The notes under the pieces were generated by a model. It made no database searches and was not told the origin of the DNA. It was given only the letters and a program-made list of their open reading frames with translations. A DNA stretch of 64,000 nt from Cycas panzhihuaensis (Eukaryota; Plantae; Cycadophyta). Positions 14,601 through 27,843 of the stretch are shown in pieces. How positions within the stretch are numbered: position 1 is the first letter of the stretch; the number at the start of each line of letters is the position of its first letter. A program made the translations under genes and the position numbers. The stretch is from the NCBI GenBank assembly GCA_023213395.1, contig CM041465.1, forward strand, positions 251,789,741 to 251,853,740, written 5' to 3'.

Positions 14601-16363
14601 AGAATATGCATGCTTCTCTATTAAGCAACATATAATGACTGGATTAATCATTTGGATGATTAAGCTTTTAGAGCTTATTTGGTCTATATTGTCATTTAGG
14701 AGTAGATGTTATTTTAAAGGGTTCCCTTACCTCAAAGAGGAATAATCTACTATAGAAAAAATTATATTATCTTATGGAAGAATTGTAATAGAGATAAGTT
14801 ATATAATTAGATACTATTTTCTTTTTTATTGTGAAATTAACATATTTGCTATTATTTCATTTATTTTTTTACGTATTATCATTCATGTTATTATTTGAAT
14901 GTTTCTTATCGACATAATTTGAAGACATCATTAGTATTATTTATTTCCATCTTTTGATATTTGATAATACTCAAATTTTCCTATCATTATCTATTATTGA
15001 AACTATTAAGCAAACTTAAAAGGTTGCTTTAAGTGGTATCAAAGCTTAATCTTGACCAATTAGCATTTTTAATCAAAGATATGTAATTTTAGGAGTGAAA
15101 ATTATAGAATTTAAAAAAAATGATCACAAACCTATATCCTAAATTTTAAGTGGTTACACTATATATTTTGGAGAGTGATTGTAAAATTTATGAGGGTTTC
15201 GATTTTGGCCTACTATTTATCATTGCTTATAGGGTTGAAAATCAAGTATCTTAACTTTCAACAACCATAATAAGGTTTATAAGTACCTAATTAATCTTTT
15301 ATTATTATTATTATTATGTGAATCTTAAAGTTTACTTTCCATAAAAAGTGATCTTTGCCATATTAAATACTAGAATTAAAAGTAATGAGTATTTATATAA
15401 GAGACATAATTATTATCCCCAAACCCTTCAATCCTTAATCAACTTCAAGAGGCCACCACAAAAGCTACAAGTCTTTAAAACACCTCAAACTAAATTTATT
15501 AGAAGTGTCTTTTAGTCATCTTCCTATGAAAATGTGTTACATTTAGTTTTTATGATTAGAATGTAATTTATTTTAAGTTTAGTGATAAAGGTCCATTTTG
15601 TCCTAAGCATTCTTTAAATTTCTAGTAATGTGTTCATTTTTTAGTAAATTCTTTCTTGATTTAAAAAATTTTGGCAAATATTTTTATTTAAAAAAGATAT
15701 TCCAATTTTCATTAGGGATGGAAAAGTTCAACTTATAAAATTACCGAATAAAGTTGAAGCACTCTATAAATTTATGACTCTTATAAACAAAAAGGATTAT
15801 AAAAAAGTTAAATGGCACTTAAGAGGGAAGGTTTTTAATTAGTTTAGTAATTGGACTAAAAGAACTAATTAAATGCATCTTTGGGAATGTTTTCAAGCAG
15901 ATTTTCTCTAAGAATTTGATATCAATTGTTTAAAAGAGTGGTGGAGTCAACATGACTACAATAGTCTTAGGAATTTTAAGGATAAATGGTGAAGGTGGGG
16001 TATTAAAGAGGAAGAGTTTGAAGAAGAAATAGCTAATATGCTTAAACCAAATAAAGAAGAACATATTTATAATCATTTTAAAGAAGAACTCAATGAGTTG
16101 TGTGAACTAAGTGAAGTTGATAGTCCACTTGCAAGCAAGTTGAAGAACTTATTGAAATACATCAACTAAGTAAGAAAGAATCTATTTATCAGTAGTTTGA
16201 AGGAGAAATGATTGAGATGCATGAACCAAGTGATGGATAGTCCACTTGTAAACTATCTAAAGAGAAAGAAATTGATATATATGAACCCCATAAAGTTTAT
16301 TCCATTTCAAAGTAATATGAAGATGACTCAACCTCAAAATTAAAGAAGCACATCAATTCAAAT
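14601..16363 (+). mobile_element. Remnant of an E-family LTR element: 3' part of LTR, PBS and decayed internal region
   Basis: 14600-15030 is homologous to the 3' half of the LTRs at 20005-21266 and 26718-27843; PBS TGGTATCAAAGC at 15034-15045; decayed Glu/Lys-rich frame at ~15720-16340. Confidence 0.7.
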
Positions 16364-18954
16364 TATTAAAATTACATAATTTTATATTATAATTATATAA
16401 TATCAAATACAATAAAATTATGCTAATATATGAGATAAAAATATAAAACATACAATGTAACATAACACAAACCCTTTGGAGAAAATAATTATCTCCAACT
16501 TGTATTATGAAATTATACTTAATTATAATACACATCATTATATGATGCCAACCACACACTAAGAACCATCTAGTCAACTAATGACTAGATACACGAGGAA
16601 GTGTACACATTATAAACCCCTAAAACACATAAAAAGGGCTTCCACTAATCTACTAGACCATAAATTAAATATTATATAACATTCCCCTCTTAATGATTAA
16701 TCATATACCATGTATGCTACTTCAAAAATGGTGTTAAGACTATATAAAAGTCAAATATCTACCAGAGTATATGGATAACTAAATGTTGTACCTATTAGTC
16801 CTCTAAAATAAGCTTTGCATACATGATTCAACAATATTTACCTATAAAATGACACTTGCATGCTTTCATTCATGCTTGTTTATCATTTCTCTTATAAACC
16901 AAAGGGAAAATTAACTTGAACATCCATAATTCCATCCATTAAATAATGGATCAAACCTATACAAATGATTACCTAAAAAATCTAACCATAAACATGTGAG
17001 AAAACACTACTTCCTCCAGGCATAGGTTCTAATTTTAACACAAAAAACACCTTGTAAAAAGCAATGATAGAATTTTAAGTCTTAAAATTTTCCATGAAAA
17101 TTCTTCAAACCATACATTACGGCTGGCCATTATGATGTTATATGATTCATCTTTCTAATGCAACCAACAGAATCAAAATCTACCAATATGTAAGGGATTT
17201 ATCAACATTTTAATGAATATAGGTATTTTAAAAAATGGAAAAAGGAGAAAATTATAGTTTTATCCCCTCCTCATTATCTCTTGGTCATGAAAAAAAGGCC
17301 AATGTGACTCCCATAAGGTCATAATGGACTTAAAAATATTTATAAATAACTTAATATATAATTCAAGCCTCAGCTTATAAACATAAGATTAAATCATTTT
17401 TTTTTATGCATCGAATGATGATGTGTTACGTATAATATTAGTAGTAGTATTTCCATATTTTTTATCAAAATTTTACATGAAACTAATCACAAATTATAGA
17501 TCAAAGGTTTCATCTACCCTATACATGTATTAGTAGGCCCATAGATGTAAACAATTGTATGAAATAATGAGTAGCAAATTAGAAAAATTATGAGAATGCC
17601 CAACTTTAACACAGACCTATGATCAATTATTTCTTCACAATGTGGCTATAAACTATAGATCTAAAGCTAAATTTTCCATTCAAATACTGTGGCTACTATC
17701 TAACATGCAAAAAAATTAGTGAAATTACCAACACAAGGGAGAAAATTTACTCAAAATATAACATAGTTTCCCATATCTCTTTTTGTCTTCTTAAGGGTTT
17801 TACCCATCAAAATGAAGATGGTAGATCCAATGTGTGCACCTACTAATAGCCTAACTGCATTAATAACAAAAACAATAACAAACCCTCATCACCATGCCTC
17901 ATAGTAATTCAATACATGCAAACCCTCTAGGCTAGGATTTCTATAATAGATATATAATTTTCTTTGAAATAGGGCTACAACAAATCAATTGCTTCATTAA
18001 TAGAATAATCACTTTACCATCAAAATAACTGGAGTCAAACCACCGTAAAACTATTGCTATGAACATGCACATCACCTATGTATAATTTATTGTAAACCAT
18101 CTCTAAAACCCGATCTTCTTTGATGCAAAATAGAGAACATACCAATGGTAGGCCTTCACACCATAACAATAACTTCAATAGGTTAATCTGACCTTCTCTA
18201 AAAGCTTTATTTATAGACACTTAATAAACACCTACATGCATACGTATTTCTAGCTAACATGCAAAATACTAATAGTCTAATAAATAAATTTAAAACCATG
18301 TGATAAATTTCCATGGCATTTCATTTCCTTAATATTCAATTGTTATAGCATGCACTCTGGCTAGTTTTCTAACAACTCAAGCACCAACATGCTTTTCAGG
18401 CCTGCATACCAATATACTCTTTAGGTGCACATTCCAAATTATTGTTTAAGTACCCTATAAAATAAGCAACTTTAACAACCTTCCTACCAAGTAATGGACT
18501 TCACTTACCAAAATACAATCCTCCTCTTTTATCACAGCAAGAACAATAAAACAAGTTTCAAATAATAATATAGACAAGAAAATATACTCATAGTCTTATA
18601 GCCTCCCATGGATCATACAACAACTTTAATACCATGTTAAAATTATATGTTTTGATATTACAATCATATAATATGAAACATAATAAGACTATGTTAATAT
18701 ACAGGACAAAATTGTGAAACATATAATATAACAGAAAATAAACCCTTTGAAAATAAAGATCATCTCCAACTTACATTATAAAATAATATATATTTATAAT
18801 ATATACCATTATATGGGTGTTTAATCACACACCAAGAACCATTGAGTCAACCAATGAATAAATAGATGAATAGCTATACATATTGTGATCCCTTAGTGTA
18901 TGTAAGAGGGGTTTCCACTAATCTATTGGACCATAGATTAAACATTATCTAATA
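16364..18954 (-). mobile_element. Old non-autonomous LTR element F (2.6 kb, no recognisable pol)
   Basis: Direct repeats at 16364-16681 and 18635-18954; reverse PPT TTCCCCTCTT at 16682-16691; degenerate reverse PBS ACTTTAATACCA at 18623-18634; TSD CAAAT/GAAAT (4 of 5). Confidence 0.82.
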
Positions 18955-20004
18955 GAAATGGGGTATTTAATGATAGTTTATATTTTAATACATATTCTTC
19001 TATTTTTTGTTGGTAGTTTAATAGTTCTTCTTAAATTTTCACTTCACATATTTTTAAAGAATCCCACATTCCTTCCTTACCAAGAGTCCATAATACATAT
19101 CTTCCTTGTCATCATGATGTTCCCTTCCCTCTTATTAAAACCCCCATTCCCTTTATCTTATAGCTTAGCTAACATATACTTTTTTCATTATGCTTTATTT
19201 TCTTCTTTCTTTTTATCTTCATCTTCTAATTTATCTCATGGACCATATTATCATTCCCCATATCCTTTTATTAAATCTATACATATATCATTCCCTATGC
19301 TTTCTCTTGATTTATATTATCCTTATCCTCCTTCTTGCTCCTCATATATTTATTTTCAATATGCTCATATAAACTTTTTGCCCATATAGAGCCTCTAACA
19401 TGTCCCTTGTCCCTTTTTCCCTATCCTCCTCTTATAAACTCCACACACATGTTATCCTTTAATCTTGAATATAACCCACATCACCTTTACCACTTATCAC
19501 CTATGCTTCAAACTTCATTTTGCATATCTCCTTCTCCTACATATATGGAGTGTCTATTGTATTCCCTATGTTATATTCCTTACTCTTTTCCTACTAAAAC
19601 TTTGTATCCCTTATCCCCTTATCTCTTGCATAAGCTTCCTTATTATTGTTTTCTTTTATTTCCCCCTCACACTTTTATAACACCATATTCTTCTCCTACT
19701 ATGCTCCTATCACTTGATCCTTTTACCCACGATCACTCCATACTCAAGTTTTACTTTCTACATACCATCTTGCTTCCATTTTTTTTCTTGTCTAATTTCA
19801 TATGCTTCTTGCCTCTTAATCCCTCACTTAAGCTACATTATTCCCTATCATCCTATTTACTCTCATCTAGGCTTCTTACTCCTATAATACCTTAGCTATA
19901 TTCATCATTACCTACCCATTATTCGTACTAATCTCATCCTACATTTCCTAAGTATTTTCTTTTATTTAAGAGTCAATCCCTATGGAAGTAATATACAAGT
20001 AGTA

Positions 20005-21266
20005 TATAACATCTCAAATAAAGTAAACTTATGACATGTTGGTCCTAGGATCTACCAAATATAGAACTTGCTTTTTAAATAATAGAGTGGCCTAATAGTG
20101 TTCAAAGGCAAGATTTGAAGAGGAAGGATATAAGACTTTTTATTGTGAATGTTACCCCATTAAATAAACATGTGACAAAGGATAAACACATTTAATCTAT
20201 AAGATATGGCAATGAAAACAAAATAACAATGTATAATTAAATTAATATAAGAAGAATAAATAAGTTCTTTATCATTTAAATCACTAGAATCCTTAAAGAG
20301 AAAAAGGTATAAGCAATTCCTAATCTCAAGAGATGATCTATAATATTCATTGAAGCTTAAATTTAAAAATATTTTAATGGTAAAGCATGCCAAGAAAGAG
20401 AGGAATCGTTACATGTCATTTTCACTATAGAGGACCAATCTATAAAAACGTTGACCAAGTGGGACCAATCCCTAAACATATGCACTAATTTCAAGTGGAG
20501 TTAATTATGGTAGGAGTATCATCCACTTATACCCATGTTTTAAGGGAGAATCAAGTTACAAGGAGAGAAATTATTGTATGCTTACCTCTCCTAAATGGAC
20601 TTAGGCACCTATAAAATAAAATATTTTGTAATTATGATCTTGAAATAGAAATAATCAAGTTACAAAGCATGGATCACAACAAAGATCTTCTTATTTTATA
20701 GGCTCTAAATGAACATTGTATGAGAAAGCTTGCTAGTTTTAAGTTTATAGTCTTAAGTACAAATTATTTGAGGCTAACTACACTTTAAATTATTAATTAT
20801 TTTTAAGGCCAACCCTAATCAAAACTAATATAAAAATTTGGCAGTAATTAAATATGCATTGATATTATAAAAGTGGTTAGGTCATTTAGAAGATTAAGCT
20901 TTGGAGTTTATTTGGTCTCTTCACTCCTTCAAGAGGAGGTGCTATTTTGGAATGTTTCATTAACTATAAGAGGAATAATCTGTTGTAAAAGCATTCTATT
21001 ATGTTATGGACATCTTATAATAGAGATATATTCCATTATTCTATATCATTTTATTTTATTATCAAGTCATCGTATTTATTATTATTTCATTTATTTTTTT
21101 GTGCATTGCCATTGTTGTTATCATTTTAGTACTCTTTCTTATCAATATAATTTGGCATTATTATTGGTATTACTTTGCTTTTTATATTTAAGCAACTATT
21201 AGTCCTTGAGTTTTATCATTATTATTTTCTATCAACATCATTAAGCAACCTTAAAGGGTTATTACA
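20005..21266 (+). repeat. Probable solo LTR of family E (left boundary tentative)
   Basis: TATAACATCTC (decayed TGTAAC) to GGTTATTACA; the 3' part matches the LTR that precedes the PBS at 15034; no PBS follows here; TSD not evident. Confidence 0.6.
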
Positions 21267-22365
21267 ATATAATTACTATGATTAATTAAATGAGAGTCCT
21301 CTTAGGAAGATACATTCTTTGAAAACCAAAGTGATGTAGGAATCTTTAAAGGAACCAAAATATAACTGAAGCAACTAATAAAGTCTAACTAAGTAATTAG
21401 CCTTTTTTACTCTATTATTGATGCCACGAATGAGTTTTAAAGTGATAGTGAAGTGTATAAATTATAATAGGCATTTTCCACACTTTTACTTATCCTCATA
21501 AGCCCATACTAGAAATGAAGAACTAGACTAGCTATAGTATTTTAGTCTTGATTTTGTCTAATTTGAGTACAAGTAATAGATAGTCCCCCCTACTAAATGT
21601 GGAAATAGGATTTGTACTAACTTATAGCTACTTGCATGACATAGTAAGTTCTATTTGAAGTCATAACTAAATGCATTGTAGATAATGAGGGTTTAAATTG
21701 AGGATATCATAATCCAAGGATTTCTAGGAAGAATAATAATTAGGGACAATATTATTGAAACTAAAAAAAAATCTATAATTTATTAATCTAAAAACCTATA
21801 ATTACTCTCAACTAAAGAGAGAGAGCATGTATCAAACCCATATTATAACATAGGTGGGAAAAAATCATGTCTTTGGAAAAAAAAAAAAAACATAACTAAC
21901 TTGGGGGGATGTCCCATGCCATAAGTATAAACTGTGACTAATCAAAATAACATAAAATATGAGGGGGTCAATGAGCTATCATATCCTATTTAGTAAGCAA
22001 GAAATACAATAATAACTCAAATAAATAAGATCCTCTAGAAGAAACCTAGAGTCAAGGTATAATGATGTTATGCTTACAAAGCCATTATAAAGGTATAGTC
22101 TAAATGCCAATACATAAAATTCCCTACAATAGATTTGATGTCTACTACCCAAAATTAATTAAAGGACCAAAAGAGATTATTGAGAAAGGATCATCAATAA
22201 ACTGAATGAACATATAATAATTGTAATGGATCTGGCATCCACTACCAAAATGAAAGGTAAGTCTGATAATTATTTATATAAGAAATGTAGTTCATTAAAG
22301 TGAATTAAAAATGTGATATCTTTACATGATTTCAAGGTTGAATTTATACCAATGAGGCACCTATT

Positions 22366-23255
22366 TTATGAGAAGTCACAACTATTAATAATTAGGGTAT
22401 TAATATTGATTAATTGGTTACAAGGCCTATAACAAGTCCCTTCCCTTTTAAAATACTTTGCCATCAAAGAATGGGAAGTTTGTAAAAGGTTCACATAACC
22501 ACCTCCTATTGCTACTAAGATGTCTACAGTGGTCCCATTATTCTTGTGTTGATAAGTAGAAATTGTTATTACATAATGGATTGATGATAAGCAATGTAGA
22601 TCATATATTATTTTTACTAGTTGATTAAGGGTGTTAAGAGGGTATAACTTCATTAGTTGACTATCTTCATTGAAAGGGTGTGGTCCCATAATATGATAAG
22701 TTATAAACTCGTAAAAGTGGGGATCCAAATGGTCATGTAAAGTATATAGAGCCAAATTCTCGTTACGGTAAATCATATTATTATTCTCATATTGTATGGG
22801 ATGATCTTGGTTTTGCTTAAACATGTTAGGTTTATGAACGTTATGCTCAACTATATCAAGATTGTGGATTTTAGAAAGAATAATGATGACATTATTGTTC
22901 AAAATTTCACCTTGGGTAGGAGGAGTATCCATCTTATGATTCAAATATTCTTCTTATATTGTAGGTAGCAAGTTATATTTCTTCTAGATATTTGGATCTA
23001 ATGGGGTGATAGTATCATTAAGTGGAGATATAAATAAACTAAGTTCTTTAATATCCTCATTAAAAGTTTATGAAAGTGGGGAATTAGCCTAGTCATCATT
23101 GTAGCCATGGTTGTTGAGAAACTTAGGAGTTTTTGGTCCACGGTCATCTTATTCTAATATAGTTTTTAGAGGAGGTTGTTTCTCCATTTCATCCATTATA
23201 TAATAGCATCAAGATGAGCATTGATGTCATTGCCAGAGTCTCCTTTGTTTGCCAT
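22366..23255 (-). pseudogene. Decayed ORF of unknown function (includes the 192-aa ORF 22366-22944)
   Basis: ATG at 23255 opens MANKGDSGNDINAHLDA; broken by stops; the paralog at ~28940-29820 is more disrupted; I recognise no domain. Confidence 0.35.
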
Positions 23256-23599
23256 TCTTAAGCCAAAGTATAGTAGAGGGGTCACCTCTTAAATAGATAT
23301 ACTACATTCATTCTAATTACCATTATACTCTTGGTATGGTTGTTGTGCTCTTGGTGGGACTTCCAATACAAATAGAAATATATACGATGAAGATATACCA
23401 CTGGACTCTATTGATAGAATGCCACATTGCCTTGATTAAAGCTAATACAAAACCTAAAAATATGGCTCAGTAGCTTTTGTAATATGTACGTTAGATTAAT
23501 ATCCAAATTAAGAGGTTTTACCATAGCTTATTTAATAATGCCTTGTATTACATAGAATTTTAGGCCTATTATATATACACTTCCTCTTCCTCTAATTTA

Positions 23600-24202
23600 A
23601 TTAGCAGCTCTCCACCACCTCCACATCCCTCACACATGCCCTGACTATATCAACAACCACTCCACAAAAAAATCACCATCTTGATATTTGACCATGACCC
23701 CAACAAAGGCATTGTATAAATTTGGATCAATAACTTGGGGCCATACTTCTCTCTCACCTCCACATCACTAGATAACAAACTAACCTTTACCTCCATATGC
23801 CTTGAAAACAAATCATATCATTGGTTTCATTAGTAGTAATATAAGAATCCCACTAACCAAAAGTATGATTTGTTTTGCAAATGTTTCTTTGACCAATATG
23901 AAAACACATAGAATCAATCCTTCTTCAGTTAGCTTAACTAAATTAAACAAACAACATTGGTTGGAATATACACTAAAGAGTTCAAGCCTTACAGAATTGG
24001 GTCTCCTAATCCCTTAATCGATAAACTATCATTGATATGTACATGTGTTTGACCTTAAGGACTGGACTACATCTAAATATGCCTTAAGGTGGTTTATCTG
24101 ATGGCTCTTAGAGAATCCACGTCCATGGAAAATGTAGTTAAGGTGGAGTTTGTGACAGAACAACCAGTTATTTTCTATCAATATCCTACTTTATACTAGT
24201 GT
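23600..24202 (+). pseudogene. Probable gag N-terminal part of element O (left flank of A); paralog at ~34080-34631
   Basis: Joins the right flank (5158 / 51601) across the degenerate TSD of A, and that flank continues into protease and RT at 51900-53300. Confidence 0.55.
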
Positions 24203-25789
24203 TGATGAGTGTCTCATAGTGATTGTCAATATTCTTTATTATTTGTACTTTAGCATGTGAGTAATTCATAATATATATATTCCTCATAAGATACTCACTT
24301 AAGGGTTATATGGAGTATTTATTGCATGGATAATAAGTTTCCTCACATATAACCCAGTAGCACATGTATATATATACTAAAGAGAAAATGTAATCATAGA
24401 AGCAATGCATTAATAGAGCAATTAACCATGCAAAGAACAAGTAGCATAAACAAACCAAACATGCAATAAAGAACACCAATAGATTTAGGTCTAAGCATAG
24501 ATCTTTTATTAATCTGAGTAATAGTTAGAGAATTGTAGAGATAAAAACTGCAACTCTTCTTATTGACTCATCAAAGACTCATCTAACCTTTTACATGTAT
24601 TATTACATAAGAATATATGCACACAACCTTATAAGATACCGACTTGTGGTTTTAAAATACAATGGGCATAAACCATGGGCTAAAAAAGACCCCTATATGA
24701 GGGGCTTGGGTGTAATACCTATACCCATGTAACACTTGCAAAGTGTTGAACATATCTAATATGTACAGGTGATTCTTTTCAAGAAGGGTATCAAATAGAG
24801 AGAAACTTCTCATGTTATCTACTTGCTTCTCAAGTGATCTCGTTCATAGCCTCTTATTCAACCTCATCAATTATGTCAGTTGGTATCAGATACAAGTTGG
24901 CTCCTCATGTCGAGTTTATTTTCTCTAAAGGATGCAAAAGTCTACTAGAAGATGTACAAGCAAGTGTGTAGATTCGTATGAACTTGTGCAAACCAAAAAA
25001 ATGAAGTTCTTAGAATTTGACAAAATTTCACTAGTAGGTGCACCACAATATAGACACAATTATATCCTAAAGACATGACATCAAAATCACTTAAGAAATT
25101 TTAAAAAATATAGAGAAAAAGAAGCACATGTTTGAAGTTTCAAATATATATTTCTCTTAAGTTTCTCTACCATTTTCTTCGAGATTAGTCTTAATCTCTT
25201 CCTTTTAACTAAATCTCTCTTTCAACTTTATAACATTTAATTTAGTATATTTTTTATTGCAAGTAAAAATCACTTTTAAACCATAATCACCATTTTTCTG
25301 TTCAAGCTAGATTTCTCCCAATCCAAAGCTTCCCTTTGAAAACCAACTACAAATTTAAAAAGTTGTCGAGGAGATCTTCGCATTGGACCCATTCTATATT
25401 TTTAAATTTTTTGTAATTTTTTGCATGGTTGTATACTGCACAAATCTGTATAGTCTAGAAATTATAATTTCTCTTCGTTTTTCTTCTTTTTTTCCTCAAA
25501 AAGAAAAAAGTTTCTTTTCTTTTTTTTTGCATTCTCTATTTATATTATGAGAATATACCCTTAAGCCCTCGATCGAGAGGTGTAGCCTAGAAATAATTGC
25601 ATCACATGCATATAGTTGTAAGCCCTCAAATATAGGCATGCCCCGTTGCACTAAGTTGTAAGCCCTCACATCATTTTATTTTCTCACAATGTCACATAAA
25701 CAAGAGGAATAATCCTCCCATGAAATTACAGATCTCTTGGTGAAGGAACTCTGAGAGCAACATCGAGATGCATAAGCATTCTAATAGAA
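24203..25789 (+). mobile_element. Element A, copy 1: 5' LTR, PBS and leader, truncated at the duplication junction
   Basis: TGATGAGT at 24203 to TATGTCA at 24878; PBS TGGTATCAGA at 24881; leader homologous to 1-690. Confidence 0.9.
24375..24761. repeat. ~390-bp insertion (probable solo LTR) in the TA run of the A LTR
   Basis: Absent from the A LTRs at 5033-5050 and 40987-41005; decayed termini TACTAA...CTAATA; flanks TATA/TGTA. Confidence 0.7.
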
Positions 25790-26717
25790 ATTATTATTCA
25801 CTTGTTTTTAAAGAATCCCACATTCCTTCCTTACTAAGAGTCCATAATACATATCCTCCTTATCATCATGATGTTCCCTTTCCTCTTATTAAACCCAACT
25901 CCTTTTATCTTCTAGCTTAGCGAACATACACATTTTTCTTTATGCTTCATTTTCTTCCTTCTCTTTATCTTCATCTTCTAATTTATCTCATGGACCATAT
26001 TATCACTACTCATATCCTTTTATTAAATCTACATATATACCATTCCCTATGCTTACTCTTGATTTATATTGTCCTTATCCTCCATCCTCTTACCTATTAT
26101 ATATATATTTTCAATACACTCATATAAATTTTTTGCCCATATAGAACCTCTAACATATCCTTTATCCCCCATTATGTATCCTCCTCTTATTAACTCCACA
26201 CACACATTATCCCTTAGTCTTGATTATAGCCCACATCACCTTTACCACTTATCACCCATGCTTCAAACTTCATCTTCCATATCTCCTTCTCCTACTTATA
26301 TGGAGTGTCTATTGTATTCCTTATACTATATTCCTTACTCTTTTCTTGTTAAAACTTTGTGTCCCTTATCCCCTTATCTCCTCCATAAGCTTCATATTAT
26401 TGTTTTCTTTTATTGCCCCCTCACACTTTTATAACACCATATTCTTCTCCTGCTATGCCTCTACCATTTGGTCCTTTTACCCCTTATCACTTCATACTCA
26501 AGTTTTACATTTTACATACCATCCTACCCCCATTTTCTTCTTGTCTAATTTCATATGCTTCTTGCCTCTTAATCCCTTACTTAAGTTGAATTATGCCCTA
26601 TTGTCCTATATATTCTCATAGAAGCTTCTTACTCCTATAATGCCTCAGTTATATTCATCATTACCTACCCATTATTCACACTAATCTCATCCATATGGAA
26701 GTAATATGGAAGTAGTA

Positions 26718-27843
26718 TATAGCATCTCAAATAAAGTAAACTCATAACATGTTAGTCCCAAGATCTACCAAATGTAAAACTAGCTATTTTAATAATAGAG
26801 AAGCCTAATAATGTTCAAAGGCAAGACTTGGAGAGGAAGGATATAAGACTTTTCATGTGAATGTTACTCCATTAAAGAAACATGTGACAAAGGATAAGTA
26901 CATTCAATCTATAAGATATGGCAATGAAAACAAAACCACAAAGTATAATCAAGTTGATACAAGAAGAATAAATAAGTACTTTATCATTTAAATCATTAGA
27001 ATCTTTAATGAGAAAATGATACAAGCAATTCCTAATCTCAAGAGATAATCTATGATATTCATTAAAGCTTAAATTTGAAAATGCTTTAATGGTGAAGCAT
27101 GCGAAGAGAGAGAGGAATTGTTACACGTCATTTTCACTATAAAGGACCAATCTTTAAAAAAGTTGACCAAGTGGGACTAATCCCTAAACATATGTACTAA
27201 TTTCAAGTGGAAAGTTAATTATGGTGGGAGTATCATCCACCTACACCCATGTTTTAAGGGAAAATCATATTACAAGGAGGGGAATTATTGTATGCTTACC
27301 TCTCCTAAATAGACTTAGGTGCTTATTAAAACAAAATATTTTGTAAATATGATTTTGAAATAGAAACAATCAAGTCACAAAACATAGATCTTCTCATTTT
27401 ATAAGCTCCAAACAACAATTGTATGATAAAACTTTGATAGTTTTAAGTTTACAGTCTTAAGTATAAATTATTGGAGGCTAACTTCACTTTAAATTATCAA
27501 TTATCTTTAAGGACAACACTAGTGAAAACTAATATGAAATTTTGGTGGTAATTAGATATGCATCCATATATAAAAATAGTTAGGTCATTTAGAAGATTAA
27601 GCTTTGGGGTTTATTTGGTCTCTTCACTACTTCAAGAGGAGGTGCTATTTTGGAGAGTTCCATTAACTAAAAGAGGAATAATCTATTATAAAAGCATTCT
27701 ATTATCTTCTGGATATCTTCCCAACATAATTTGGTGTTATTATCAGTACTACTTTGATTTTGTATTTAGTTAACTATAGTACTTGAGTTTTATCATTATT
27801 ATTTTCTATCAAAATCATTAACCAACCTTAAAGTGTTATTACA
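26718..27843 (+). repeat. Duplicated copy of the probable E-family solo LTR, with an internal deletion
   Basis: Paralog of 20005-21266 with the same flanks; lacks about 130 bp near 27720. Confidence 0.6.

Larger units (their letters stand above)
19045..25789 (+). repeat. Segmental duplication, copy 1
   Basis: Collinear with 25795-44130 once insertions G, B and C are removed (e.g. TTTTTAAAGAATCCCACATTCCTTCCTTAC at ~19051 and ~25805). Confidence 0.95.

Noticed and set aside
18958-19895. Hydrophobic Leu/Pro/Ser/Tyr-rich ORFs (also 25942-26621) as membrane proteins
   Set aside because: They arise from pyrimidine skew in several overlapping frames, and ORF boundaries differ between the duplicates.
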